Source: Trichoplax adhaerens (lineage: Eukaryota; Animalia; Placozoa). From it: DNA of 64,000 nt. The number at the start of each line of letters is the position of its first letter. Position 1 is the first letter of the stretch. A program made the translations under genes and the position numbers. Shown piece by piece: positions 40,353-53,614 of this stretch. The stretch is taken from assembly GCF_000150275.1 (NCBI RefSeq), contig NW_002060970.1, positions 394,197 to 458,196 on the forward strand, in the 5' to 3' direction. The notes beneath the pieces are model-generated. The model made no database searches. It was not told the DNA's origin and worked only from the letters and a program-made list of their open reading frames with translations.

Positions 40353-40556
40353 ACTTGCTAATTAGTCTATGCTAGAGTATTACCAAAATTAAAAGAGAAA
40401 TTTAGTTAATGCATATCAAGTCAAACATACCGAAGTTGCAACTCTTATTCTAGAAGCAAACATATGATAGAGATTCCAGCTTATTTTCTATGGCATATCA
40501 ACTACAGATCGCTTTTTACTCTATCTACTTGATAGGACAATGTTCAATTAACGTAT

Positions 40557-41009
40557 TGTAGTAGTTTCAGCTAATTACAGCAGTAATTGAAGTACGGTAG
40601 CATTAAGAAGTAGAATAGTGTATACTATACTTATAATGCAATTTTATGATTGTTGATGACGAAGCGGTGCACCTATACCAATCGTACTATGTGTATGTAA
40701 GGCCGCTCTAGTCGACTTATAAAATTATGTTTTTATGTAATGTCTTGATATAACTGTTAGATAAAATGGAATTGTTATCGTGGAGATGAAGTCGTTTATG
40801 CGGTTTATCTTAGCCGCTTACGACTGTTACTTCGAGGGAAGAAACGTGGATTCTTTTTTTGTCAAGCCTTCTATTAATAAGCAATACTTTTAAAATTAAA
40901 CACGGTGTTTGCCTGATCTTGTATCACGGTATAGATTAGCTCAATTTTAACAATTCAGTTTAGATTAGATAATTGCAAACTTAAAGGGCTGCAAAATCCA
41001 CGCACTACA
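40557..41009 (+). mobile_element. Solo LTR-like element family D, copy 1 (orientation arbitrary)
   Basis: Perfect 6-bp terminal inverted repeat TGTAGT...ACTACA; flanks CGTAT/GGTAT (4 of 5); homologous to 51054-51492 and 46935-47935. Confidence 0.8.
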
Positions 41010-41780
41010 GGTATATACTGGATTTGAAAGGTAAGAAATGTAAAAATTAATCTTAAAGCATATATAATTTTAAGCCTATCTATAATGAATCACGTAGATG
41101 GTGAAATAATTAATTAAATAGTTGTATTAACTAATAAATAGTATCACTGTGGAATACTGAAATTCAAATCGTCTAAAAATTTGAAAATGATCATCTTACA
41201 GGCACTAGCCCATGTCGGTCGAGATAGGAGAATCAAAAGCTACGCATGATTTTTATATATATGTCATATATATATATATAGAACTACTGTTTCATCATAT
41301 TGTGAAACTGCCGTTAGGAAGCAATTGCAATAATTACAAAGACATCTTCCAGCTCTTATAATCATCTTATAGCAAGGAATTTGATTTAGACGGAAATCTA
41401 GAACGAGGTAATAATGTACATTGCAGGCAATGCATGAAAAGATGCTTGGCTATGGACTTTTTTAATATACATTTGTTTTAATGTGGACTATTTTAATAAT
41501 GCCGGAGTTACGATACAGAATCCATGTAATCATTGTGTAAAAAAGAATAAATTTTGATATTGATGGGCGTCAGAATGAAATCAGAAAGGATTGGTTGCTC
41601 TGGATAATCAAACTGTAGCTCTAATTCATTATAGAATTGATTCAATAGCAAATTTGATGATTATGCATGAGTAAAGTTGATTGCATTCATAATCATAGGG
41701 CAAATTATTTGATTTAAATAACTGAAACCGAGCTACATACTTCATATCGTTACTTTAGTAAACTTTCTTCCATTGCCGGT

Positions 41781-42411
41781 TGTTACAGTGTTAAATACTG
41801 TATTACAGTAGAAATATCTATGTTAGGATAATTCTGTTAGACTATCCTTATTTAGTTAACTTCTAATTTGGGTATACTGTGTTTTAATATAGCACTGACT
41901 TTTTATGACAGTGACACTTATACACATACTGAAATTAATAGTTATAATAGGGAATGCAAATCATCTACTTACAATTCGAATCATTGTGATTGTAATTTAC
42001 TTATGGTAGACTGTAAATTATCATGGAAATGTTCCGTGATAGGACATATCGTAATCTGACTATTCTGTATTAGTCATTACATGTCTATATTCGTAAATAC
42101 TGTTGTCTGCATTAAGGGAGCAGTAGCTAAAATTAATATCTAATTCAGTAAATGATTCCAATGTTAATTGTATTAACTATGACTCATGAACTATTGAGGA
42201 GTAGTATATAAATACAGTATATCGTGAAATAAAGAGAATTTCTCCAACTTAGTGTTTAACGTAAAATACGAGGCGTTCAAGTCTTTGTGTAATCTGCTAG
42301 TAGAGCAAAAGTGTTCGTGATAGTGCAGATATCGTTCCTTGATACGTGGTTCAAGGAATTGACTTATTGATCGTATATTGCGTTATCTTGTTGCAAAGCT
42401 GTTTTGTGACA
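41781..42411 (+). mobile_element. Solo LTR family B, copy 1
   Basis: TGTTACA...TGTGACA with perfect TSD CCGGT; TATATAAA 42205-42212; AATAAA 42228-42233; homologous to 54726-55355. Confidence 0.92.
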
Positions 42412-45239
42412 CCGGTATAGGATACCTTGGCCTTATTTAGGGTTTACATCATCAGCAATAGAAATTATTTTTAAAATAACGAAGAATGCCCTTTCTTTTA
42501 TTGGATAGGGTCTCTAGATTGTTAGTTTTTTAGATTGTTGTGCCTGAGAAAAACAGTATTAGAGAAATATGTATAATTAGAGATTGTCAGTTATAGAAGT
42601 TGCTCTTTAAAATGATGAAACGATGTCTTTTACTTTTGTTGCATGCGGTCTTTTTAGATTGTGTTACCAGAGTAAATCAGTACTAAGTAACAACAATTGA
42701 AGATTGCTAACGGAATTGCCGGAATAGATTTACTGTTATGATTCAAAATAGTGCTGAGAAAAATCATGTTGGCCTAATGCGGCGTGAAACTGTCATTAAA
42801 TTTGTGATAATCATCCATAGTAATTATGAAAATAATTTGCAATCGTTTTCTAGACGGCCCAAATAGCCATTACTAGATTTTCAACTACTAATATTCGCGA
42901 TCGATTTCACGTTAATTTTCCAAAATTTACTGTAGCTAGTAGAATGGCCATTCCACTAGTATAGTCTCTTTCACAATTTAATTTTGCACTATGCTGGTAT
43001 CTAACAACATTTTTAATCATTCTGTTATCTATATCAAGCTCTCATTGCATAGGCTACAAGCTAGTAAAGACTGAAGGAATCACCCTAAATTAATTATTAA
43101 TGACTAAGATTTTTTATTAATTTTAAAATGAAAACTATCTCAAATACTAACATCTATTAATCATCAATAAATAGGAAAAAGATTTGCAGATGTATCGAAT
43201 TTGTGATACACGAGTACATTAAATACATGATTGGTTGCAACAATTTCCCAGCAGAATAGGAAACCTTTCTTAGAAATAAGACTATGAAATTGAAATGAAA
43301 GATAAAAGTATTCTAAAGTTAGCTAGGCGTTAGAGACATTATCCGACTTATAGGATTAAAAGCAGCGCTAAATAATCGAAATACTTTAACTTCTTATTGC
43401 CCTAAGATTTTATCGATGTTTTGTAGTCCAAGTAATGAGAATTGATAAAAAATTTCTAGCAGTATCAATATACGAAAATATTGTATTCCTGGTTAGTTTC
43501 CCTCATTATTAACGATGTTACTATCAATAAAGATTCGCCGTAATCTTACATTTGGGAACTAATTTTAAGAAAGACATGTTATCTTGAAATTTTACGCCAA
43601 CGATAAATTTTTGACACTTTAATTGAAAGCCATTATAGCTTTCTATAAGCTTGATATCATTTTAAATGGCAGAAACTGTCATCAGGGAAAGTGATTATTT
43701 TTAAAACATTGCTTCAAAACTAGGCTATGATAACATGATCTATTGATTCATGTATTTTTCCTATTTTAAAATGAATTATTTCGAGGAAACTATCTTTATG
43801 ATATCTTATAGGTAAAATAGTATTGCCTCAACATAGCAAGGTATATGTAAAGAGAATTTGGCTCGTTTGACTATTCGCTCTAAAATAGATCTTCACTGCT
43901 ATCTTAACTTTGCTCGCCAGCACAGATCATCACGTAATAATACGGATTTCTTTTGTAAAAAAAGGTCTATGATCAAGGACATGATCTACAAAAGTTTGAT
44001 CATCATGCACGGTGATGATATAATATAGGAAAATTGCTTCTTTCAAAAATCCTTTATGTAATCATACTCCGAAAAGGATGGTTATTCATGTCTAAAATAA
44101 GCAATTATGAATGGCTCGTATCTTCAACCTTAAAATGTTATAGCCATAAATTGTTTTGATAATTCTATACGAACATGATATCGAATTTGGGTGATTTTCA
44201 TTTTATTCAGTTCAGGATAAATCTGACTTCATCAAACTAGGAACATCCACTTTAGATTAATGATATTCTTTCAACTAGTAATGTATTAAAAGTGTATATA
44301 GACTGAATCAGTTTTTCAAATAGGTCAGTTTCGCAAGCTAATTTTGATTTAAAAAATCAATCTATTTTATAGAGTTTTATAATCTCGATTCAAGGAATAG
44401 TAGGATAACATGGTTAGTAAAGTAGATGGAACTCTACATTTTAATGTTACTCTGTAACGTGCTTTCAAGTAGATAGGAATTGGAGGGAGTTTAATGCACG
44501 ACTCTTTCAATAAAAGTTAGGCCTCATAGGACCTGAAAAATAACTGACAGATGAGCTAAGTAAACATTTTAATCAAAGTCATGATGAATAAGAAATTTCT
44601 ATTCTTAAATTGATCAATTTGAACTTGTAAAAAGTAATCTGTCGCGTTATCGATATGATGCGCAGGTTGCTTTAGTTAGCTAAATTAAATTCAAAAGACA
44701 ATCCATTTATCAAAATCCTATCATGATAGAACTTTGATTGCATGGACCGGAACAAAAAAAGTTCATCACGTAAGTATATTGGACTAACCTCAAAGTTAAA
44801 CAGTGTGGTTGGACGGCCAGTTGCAGAAGTAGATTTACTAATAAGATAATCAAGTTGGAATGAGACTATAAAGAGGCATTATGATGAAGGAGTGGACAAG
44901 ACGTTACCATGGAAATAATTGAAGATGTTATTTGCTCACTGTTATGCACGCTAATATTATTGATTTGACTCTCACAAACAAGGTTAGATGTATCTACAGC
45001 ACGTTGATGCAATAAATCGAATTAAAATCAATAAGAATTTAGATATCGGATAGTAATTCTATGTCCAATCATCGTGTTATGGGCCTACATTGCAAATAAT
45101 AGACCGTCCATCTTTAGTCTTTCATGGATATTTCTCTGTGACAGCACATACGAGTACTTAGATTTAATTTTTTATCGATCTGATGGTAAACCTTTACTTT
45201 TGCGGCGGCGTTGATCAAACGATGTTATTAATTTATTTG

Positions 45240-45945
45240 TTCCTATCACCATTGATTAAGCGTGTGATTCCGTGTACAAAATGTGGCCTAAGCTCAGTTT
45301 TTCTTCTTATTAGAGCCAATCTTCATATTTAATTTATCTTTAGTGGTAAGATAGATAAGTTTATGATAGTCATGCTAAATTACATCTGGATTAAAAATAT
45401 CTATCGAGATATCGCTTAGGGTGAAAAAATATTAAGATTTTTAGACAGTTTTAGTTTAGTTTTGATGAGTTTTGATTTAGTGATTTTACAAAATGCCAAG
45501 TAATTTTGTAAAATGACGGATTTTTTAATAAATGCGGTAACAATTTTATTGTCAAATTGAATGAGATGAAAGCATCTCTCCAAACTGATCAATTTTCCCC
45601 ATCATTACTTGCTTTTAGATATACATAACTCAGTGTACAAAATGTTGGCTGAGCTCAGTTTTTATTCAATGATAAGGTTAAGGTCTGCCTTAATATCTAA
45701 TCTATTATCACCATTAGTGTTAAGACAAAAAAATTTACGAGAGCTATTGTTTCATACACCATGATTAAAAATAGCTATCTAAATATCACGTTGGGTAAAA
45801 ACTATATTCATAATTTTAAGTAGTTTTAGATGAGTATAGATGAATTTTGATTTAGTGCTTTAAGCATCGAAGTGATTAGGTTAAAAATTTTACTCCAAGA
45901 TGATTGGTTTCCGCACCATTACTTGCGATTAGATATGATATCAGT
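45240..45945. repeat. Diverged tandem duplication, ~360 bp unit
   Basis: GTGTACAAAATGT.GGC..AGCTCAGTTTTT at ~45273 and ~45633 with colinear downstream sequence. Confidence 0.7.
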
Positions 45946-46934
45946 AAATCTTAATTAATTAATATGATTGATAATAGAACATTTTTATCCCATTTATTTT
46001 CTTGTGCATATATATTTTAATTTTATGTAGTTTTAATTAAAGGTATAATCAGTCTAATTAACCTCACGTAGACTACTACCTTGATTGGTAAAGCGTTATT
46101 TAAAACTGCCGGTGGCAGTATGTAATTAAAAGCAGATGATCGTTGATAATCATTCGAGTTACCTTTTCTTTATAGTTTAAGCTCTTAACATAAGAGATAA
46201 GCATCATCTGGACATAAAAATTATAATTTCATATAGCAAATGTAGACTTAAGTCTTTATTTTGTAAGTCTGTAAAGATGACAAGCCACATTTTATTTGAA
46301 TTTCATAAAATCATAAGGACTGTTGCAATATCATTTAGACTAATTTTAAAGATAAATGTAGCTTATCTAAATAAAATTAGATTAAAGCCGCAGAATTAAT
46401 AACTAAAATCCTTTGAAAGAATATAATCAATGTAATTAAAAAATTAAAATCTTATAGAATGCCTTGATAAAACATTCTTATGTTGTGATTACGCTACCAT
46501 AACCTATAGATATGGCTTGATTTTTAGATTTCCTTAATATTTGTAGACATTTAACTAATATGTTAAGGGGGAAGGATATTTTTAGCAAGATATATTTGGG
46601 AATTTTTTGTGATCAATGTTACTATATTTCATAGTTCAAAGCTTGGAATAATATTTAGTAGTCATAAAGGCGGTCTTAACGATTTATTATAATTCTCACT
46701 ATATTTTTAGTTCAAAGCCTGGAATAATATTTAGCAGTCAGGAAGCGGTCTTCTACTGCTACTTCGGTACCTGTGATCAGCGACTGCATTTATAGAACTG
46801 AAAATTTCTAGTTTATTATGTCCAGGTAGTAAGTCTACAGTAGTCTTATTACTTTATCTAAGATTGATATTTATTAAATCGACTGTACTTAAATAGATGT
46901 GTAATAAAACCTGTTCTACCAATGTTAATTAGAG

Positions 46935-47935
46935 TATACTGCTTGGCTTTTACAACTCTTGAGGTTCGCAATCGTCTAACTCAAAATCTGAGTTATTGAA
47001 ATTTAGCTAATCTATAACGTGATACAAGATCAGATAAATAGTATGTTAACGTCAAAAGTATCGTTCATTAATAGAACGCTTGACAAAGTAAGAATTCGAT
47101 TTTGTTCCCTCATAATAGCAGTCGACAGTGGCTACAATAAACCAGATAATCGATTTTGTCTCCACGATAGCAATTTCAAATTATTTAACATTTTGTCACA
47201 ATTTTACTTCTGTGACAAGGTAACGTACAGTAAAAGTCTATAAGCAGCTACTGACCTAAACGCCCTCTTACTTAATGTTAAACACACAGAGGAAAAGACT
47301 GTAAAGATGAAACTTTTATTAGCAAAGATACATCTACAACTTTTTACCGCCACTGAGCTCAAATGTTTCCGTTTATATAGGAACCGTCTAATTCGTAAAC
47401 AACAACAGTATTATTGTTATACCTTACCAGGAGAAACATCTCGAACTGAGATGATCCTTTTTACATAGCTTTTCTATCAGTAAATATTTTGAATCTCTTA
47501 CTCATACTTAATTTTAATCTAAGCTCGTAGGTTATCTAATTCAACTATCATCAACTAGAACTTGAATCATCTTACTGCTATCTGTCACACAATAACAATC
47601 AATATCAAGTATGTAATGAACTATTACAAACAACATCCACGTTAAGGCATTAATTACCTTACCCGGCACTACAAATATGGATATTCTCCATACTAGTTAC
47701 TACTGTACTTAGTAAACTATCCTAATGAAAGGCAACACCGTAATACATTTATATTAGACATTACACAATAACATCACCTAATATAGCCGACTGCTGTGGG
47801 CTTATATGAATATTATAAGTACGCTTACAACGTTTCATCGGCAATCATGAAATTACCTTATAAGCATAGTAGGCAATTCTTCTTCTTATGGCTACCGAAC
47901 TTCAATTACTACTGTAATTAGCTGAAACTGCTACA
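46935..47935 (-). mobile_element. Family D element, copy 3, split by a nested family E insertion
   Basis: Reverse complement of 47750-47935 matches the first part of D1 and that of 46935-47190 matches the second part; removing 47194-47745 and one CATTT restores colinearity. Confidence 0.8.
47194..47745 (-). mobile_element. Solo LTR family E (related to B and C), nested in D3
   Basis: TSD CATTT (47189-47193 and 47746-47750); minus-strand ends TATTACGGTG (decayed TGTTAC, compare family B TGTTACAGTG) ...TGTGACA; 3' end resembles families B and C; minus-strand TATA near 47375 and AATAAA near 47317. Confidence 0.75.
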
Positions 47936-49213
47936 AGATCACACAAGTAATTTTATAATAGCAGAGATACTGATTTTCCATCGATTGAGATACTATGTAA
48001 TAGTGCAACAAGCTCTGTCAGACAAGGTAAACTTCCTACAACAGCAGATCTTAGAAAGAAGAACTAAGAACAACGATGGCAGAAAAGCGAAGCAACTTAA
48101 ATGCGTTATCTGATTTTTTTACAATATAATAATTGCGAAAAACATCACTTAACACTAACAAAACTTAGTGTGAGAATATAATTCTAAGATTGGTATCACA
48201 TTCTACGAAGCTGAAATCAACATACATGAATTATCACAAACATTACTTATATGTACCTGGTATCGTCAACAGCCATAGATTTTGGCATTATTTTTAAGTT
48301 ATCTAATTTACTTCTATATAATTATAATATATCGACAACGATAGTTTATCTAACAGCTTCACTGCAGGATAGTCTCAAGCAATTTTCTATCATTTCCTAT
48401 AGAATAGTTAATATTATACTGAAAGATCTTGGCATCAGATTATTCTTTTAATTCGACATGAATGTGCGGTAAGCAGTACTTGGAGTGAGATAATTTTAAA
48501 TTAGCCATGACTAAAGGCGTAGTCTAGAGAATGATATGTGGCGTTTTCCGTGCAATATTTAGTATTTTGTTTCAGGATTTTAGTATCAAATCATACTAAT
48601 TAGCTTATGTCCAAAATGCTAATGTAGATAGTATTGCGACTTTTCTAATAGAATAACTAATGATTTACTTGTCCTTTTTAACACTAAATTGTACTTGTAA
48701 TTGTACAGGCGTACTTGGTTGAATGAAATTTGCATCGTTACGTGGGAAACAATATGATCATTATCCTATCTTTTCGTATTATGTTAAGATTTTGAGTAAA
48801 TTATACATAGAACTTATTCTTTACCTTAAGTAAAAAGTATCATGAGTTCTTTTGTTGGCTTACAATCTCAGTGAATAACTAGATGGTCTGTTATTATTGT
48901 CTTAAACATCTTTCAATTCGTATCGTTCAACTTCATGTCATTTTGAAAGATAATAGCAATAAAAGCATTGCATACAAAAGTATAATAAAAGTCTTGGACA
49001 TGAACGAAGTACTACTAACAATAGCGAATCTTGTTTCTTACAGCGTCAAATAAAGCCTCTGATATAACAGAGTGCCATAATAAATGTTAAACATATTTAT
49101 ATATTGGTTTATTATAAATAATACAGTTAGAAAAGTACCAATCTTAGGTTGAATTTAAGCTGGTAATAGTGGTTTTAATGTCATGCCAATGCGCTTATTC
49201 TATCATGCTTATC

Positions 49214-50211
49214 TGTCACGGTACGAACTACCGTGAAGAAATAGCTCTTTAAATTTGATCAATGTAATATAGTGATAATATATTACAACTAGTTACTTAC
49301 AATAGGAATTACTCTATGTGATATAAACCAATCATGAAATTCCAAATTTTTAGAAAGATAAGGGCTTTATTGAATCTTATACAAAGAATAACTACACACA
49401 GCTCTACTCTAGCCGAATACTACTACTAAAGACTTCTACAACGAACTAATAGAATAATCTAACGTTGCATGCTTTTATACTTTTCGTAGCATTCGCAGCT
49501 ACAATCCGCATGGTAACCTTTTACCTTATTTTACACATAGTTAAATTATTCTTAGTAAGACTGTTCTACTGCGGACCATCATTAATCCAATATGGATACG
49601 ACTACAGTACTTACGTAGACATTATTCACACCAGTCCAAGCATAATGAATTAACCATATCCTAATTTATGATTTACAGTTCCATTTTTACCTATAGCCTT
49701 ATTAGTAACTTAACACTTTAGTGTACATGGTCATCTGTACTCTAGCATAGAGTCTACACCACTACAGTCTATAGTTATAGCTGCCGAATATCTCTTAGGA
49801 TAAATATACAGTATACCGTACATTATACTACACATGGCTAACAGTCTACAATCACAATACTAAGTTACACTACACTCTAATTATAAATGTGTTACTGTAA
49901 ATTTTATGCTGTGCTGTAATGTGCACTGAAATGATTTAGTGAATGGACATATTGTAGTCCGACTGTGAAAAATTCGTTAGTAGATGTTCTCACCTTAGTA
50001 TTTTTATAAGATGACTCATGAATGTTAGCTGCTGTAGAAGGGTATATAAGCGCGTCAGATAGTTGAATAAAGTAGTACTCAATTGTCTAGTGGAGTTTAA
50101 CATAGAATTAAATGCGTCTAAATTCTTGTGAGTAGGGATACTGAATCCGCAGATTTTATTGATTTAGAGATTTGTTTTACGTTATCCTTGTCACGAAGCT
50201 AGTTTGTGACA
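49214..50211 (+). mobile_element. Solo LTR family C (~435 bp net), interrupted by family A copy 3
   Basis: TGTCAC...GTGACA inverted ends; perfect TSD TTATC (49209-49213 and 50212-50216); TATATAAG near 50043 and AATAAA near 50066; 3' end similar to family B. Confidence 0.85.
49317..49874 (-). mobile_element. Solo LTR family A, copy 3, nested in family C
   Basis: TGTG...CTACA with perfect TSD CTCTA (49312-49316 and 49875-49879). Confidence 0.92.
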
Positions 50212-50675
50212 TTATCTTTAGCTATACTTATTCCATTAAGATCTTTGCAAGTATCATCAACATTTCTGGAATAAAATAGTTTAAAAATGCGTCGCTGAAA
50301 TTTTTTATTTGGTAAATACGAGTCTATAATACAAGGAGATATGCCCAATCGATACAGATGATGATAGGTCAGTAAGTGCATTGAAGACATACTAATGAAT
50401 CGGTTACATATTTCTAGCAAATTTAGAATGACTTTCATTAATTAAGACAATAAAAGGATATACCTAGAAATCAATAAATTCATTAATTATTTGGATGAAA
50501 TTTCATAATACTAATTTATGCATTTTAACTAGCACTATAATTATCCCTAATTCTAAGCAGAAATTAGATTACTATGATTTATTGCATTTTGGTTTTCTTA
50601 ATTACTAGATTTTAAAGTTAAAATTGGAGTTAGATTGTGTTCATATAATCTAAAATTTTCCAGTGCTAGAAATAA

Positions 50676-53390
50676 TTAGTACAAGGGGCAACCATAAAGT
50701 TCTAATCTCATACAAGGCGCTGATATATATTGCAATGGGTAGATCCTAAGCCTTCTAGCGTGAAAAGCCTCCTTTAGGTTATGGGTTTTGATATCTCTTC
50801 TTGTGATTCCACCAGCGAAGTTCTAGAATAATGCATATATTGTAAATTCTAGTTATTTCTGATTCAATTACATATAAAATATATCTAAGATAAGATATTT
50901 TTGTTTTAATAAGTGAGCAAAATACAACTGAAAACTGTAGTAAACGATATTTTATTTGCTCATTTTATGATATCATTGATGTTATTAGTTGAAATAATAT
51001 AGCACCTGATCCATTTTAAATTATCTCTTATGCTCTTTCCTATCATTGATCTGTGTAGTGCTTTCAGCTAATTACACTCGTAATTGAAGTACGGTAACAT
51101 TAAGAAGTAGAATGGTCTGCTACACTTATAAGGTAATTCCACGATTGCTGATGATAAAACGGTCTACTTAAAGTAAACGTACTATGTGCGTGAAAGGCCG
51201 CAGTAAACAGCTACATAAGTTGATGCTTTTGTGTAATGCCTTAATATAACTGTTAGTTAATATAAAACTGCTATCTTGGAGACGAAATCGATTATCCGGA
51301 TTATCTTAGCCACTCTCGACTCGACTGTTATTATAAGGTAAGAAAAGTGAATTCTTCTCTTGTCAAACGCTTTATTAATAAACGATACTTTTAAGGTTAA
51401 ACATGTTGTTTATCTGATCTTGTATCTCGTCGTAGATTTGCTCAGTTTTAATAACTCAGATTTTGAGTTGGATTAATGCTTCAGAATTGAAGTTGATTAT
51501 TGATTATCCGGTTTATTCTAGTCATTTTCCACTACCTTATGAGGGAATGAAAAGTGGATTGTTCTGCAACAAATGGACTCATCATGAAATTTATTTTGAA
51601 GGATAAAGGCAATATTGACCACTTTCCGTCAAGTTACAAATTTTTACTATTTTAATAACTCAAATTTCGACTTTGTTGATTGCAAAAATCAAGGATGAAA
51701 ACCATTTCATCTCAATTGTATAGAGCTCTATTTATCTTTCTAGTAATAATATAATAATAAATAGATTGGTCATTTTAGATATGTTAAATGGGTAGGTTAT
51801 GATTTTCTAAATTATTGGAATAAAAATATTTTGAAACGTAGGCTTTTGATAAAGTTTTGATAGCAATTCATTTCTTATACATTATTCTAAATATTGAGCA
51901 ATTATCTTCAATTATCTTCGCATTTACCTCCGGCTTCGTCGAATTAATGGCTGTATAATTTTTCCAAGAGATTTCTGGTATATCAATAGAGAACATCATT
52001 TGAAACATGCTTACTCCGGAATTGGATTGACCTTGTGCCGCGATAGCAGTTAATGTTGCATTTCTTAATAAATCTATTTCAAGATAATCTTTTCCAGGTT
52101 GGAAGTAATTTGGGCGAATACACCAAGCACTTGCGCGTTTCAGTCGAGCAAATTTTGGAGTTGTTGAGATAAAAGTTTCCCCTTCTCCATAGATTTGACT
52201 ATCATTGATTCTAGCGTCGCTCATCCCAAGTGATACATTGCATGGCGCTGTTGAAAGTGATCCCAGTTTAATAACGTAATAATGATTAGCGTACCGAGAG
52301 AATATGAATCGTGAGTAATATTGTTAGCAGAACTAGGCAACTATTTCATGAGTAGCAACGAGCAGATATTGAAATGTTTAATTAGCGCTTTCGAACACTA
52401 TTGAACCTACCATCTGTCGTTGCAGGCGCAGGAGTAAAATCAATCGCTGAGCAACCATAAATTTCTAATCTCATACAAGGATTGTTTACAAATTGTAAAG
52501 GATAAATACGTATATAACGAGTAAGCACTCGGTTAGGCAATCTTGTTAAAATACTTTCTTCTCCATCAGCCCTGCCTATAAATTCCTAGCAAATGATAGA
52601 AATTCAATATTTACATGCGTATCCTAGCAGAAGAGTAATTTTTTATCTTTTTGCTATCTTGATTAAGCTATTGGTGCTTCATTATTTTATGTATATATTT
52701 TAGTCTCTGGAATTATAATCGTATAACGTAAATCATTTTACTAGTTGAGTCATCAAATATAATTCAAAGACTGGTATATAACCTTGGGGCCTCCGTTTTC
52801 CAATATAAATTGGCAAGAGGAAGTCTCGGCAGTTGAACAATATTGAGTGTAATAGGATGTTGCTCCTGATCTTGATTGACCTTGAGCTTCGATAGCTGTT
52901 ACGTTGACTGCTTGTAAAAAATCGATTTGCAAATAATGCGAACCGGCAACGAATTGCGAAGACATTATACACCATGCACTACTGGAAAATAATCGAGCGT
53001 ACTGTGCGGCAACGCCCGATGTAGTTGGACCAGAACTAAATAGTTGACTATTTTTAATAGCGCCATCCCTTAGACCAAGCGGTCGATCACATTCTGGAAA
53101 GAACAAAATCATGCCCAAAGAATATTAGACTAGAAAATCATATACGTTACCAGTTTGTTTGAAATAGATAATTTAAAAGTAATCCATCTTTAATTCTATT
53201 AATACTAAAAAATGAAAATAGCAAAGCAAATATTCAATTTTGTCGAGATTAAACAGTCAATAACTTGCTTTTGAATTAATAAAGTCGGTCCTGCAAAATT
53301 TCGATACAAACCTACTGTCTGTGCTTCCACCGGAAGGTTTGAAAACGTTATAACTGTGGTGAAGAAAAGGATATAGGCGAGAAAACCCAT
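50676..53390 (-). CDS. Secreted protein with two F5/8 type C (discoidin) domains, 5 exons: 53390-53312, 53093-52783, 52585-52411, 52247-51928, 50822-50676
   Basis: Signal peptide, then ECDRPLG...ARL...AWC...YLQIDF...TAIEAQG...TRYIRIYP...CMRLEIYGC and a second domain CNVSLGM...AWC...YLEIDL...TAIAAQG...RLRIYP...CMRLELYGC, stop. All splice phases are consistent. Confidence 0.93.
51054..51492 (+). mobile_element. Family D element, copy 2 (one end eroded), in the last intron of the discoidin gene
   Basis: Starts TGTAGTGCTTTCAGCTAATTACA and is colinear with D1 to about 51490; no ACTACA end or TSD found. Confidence 0.75.
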
Positions 53391-53614
53391 GCTATCTAAA
53401 TATGCCGATTAAATCCTATCGATGACTGTATAAAGTGGAACCTCATATATGAACTAGCCGGACAAAATGTTGCTGATCCAAGCTGTTGGATTTCTGTAGT
53501 AGGAATTAACTTCATATAAATGTAGAAAAAGAGATTTATATTTCTGAATTTTGAAGATAGATGCAAGAAAGAGTGGCTATCCTATAGCATTACACACTTT
53601 AAATTTGTGGAGAA

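Noticed and set aside
41868-42059. 63-aa ORF repeated at 54813-55004
   Set aside because: TTG start inside the family B LTR; no sign of coding constraint.
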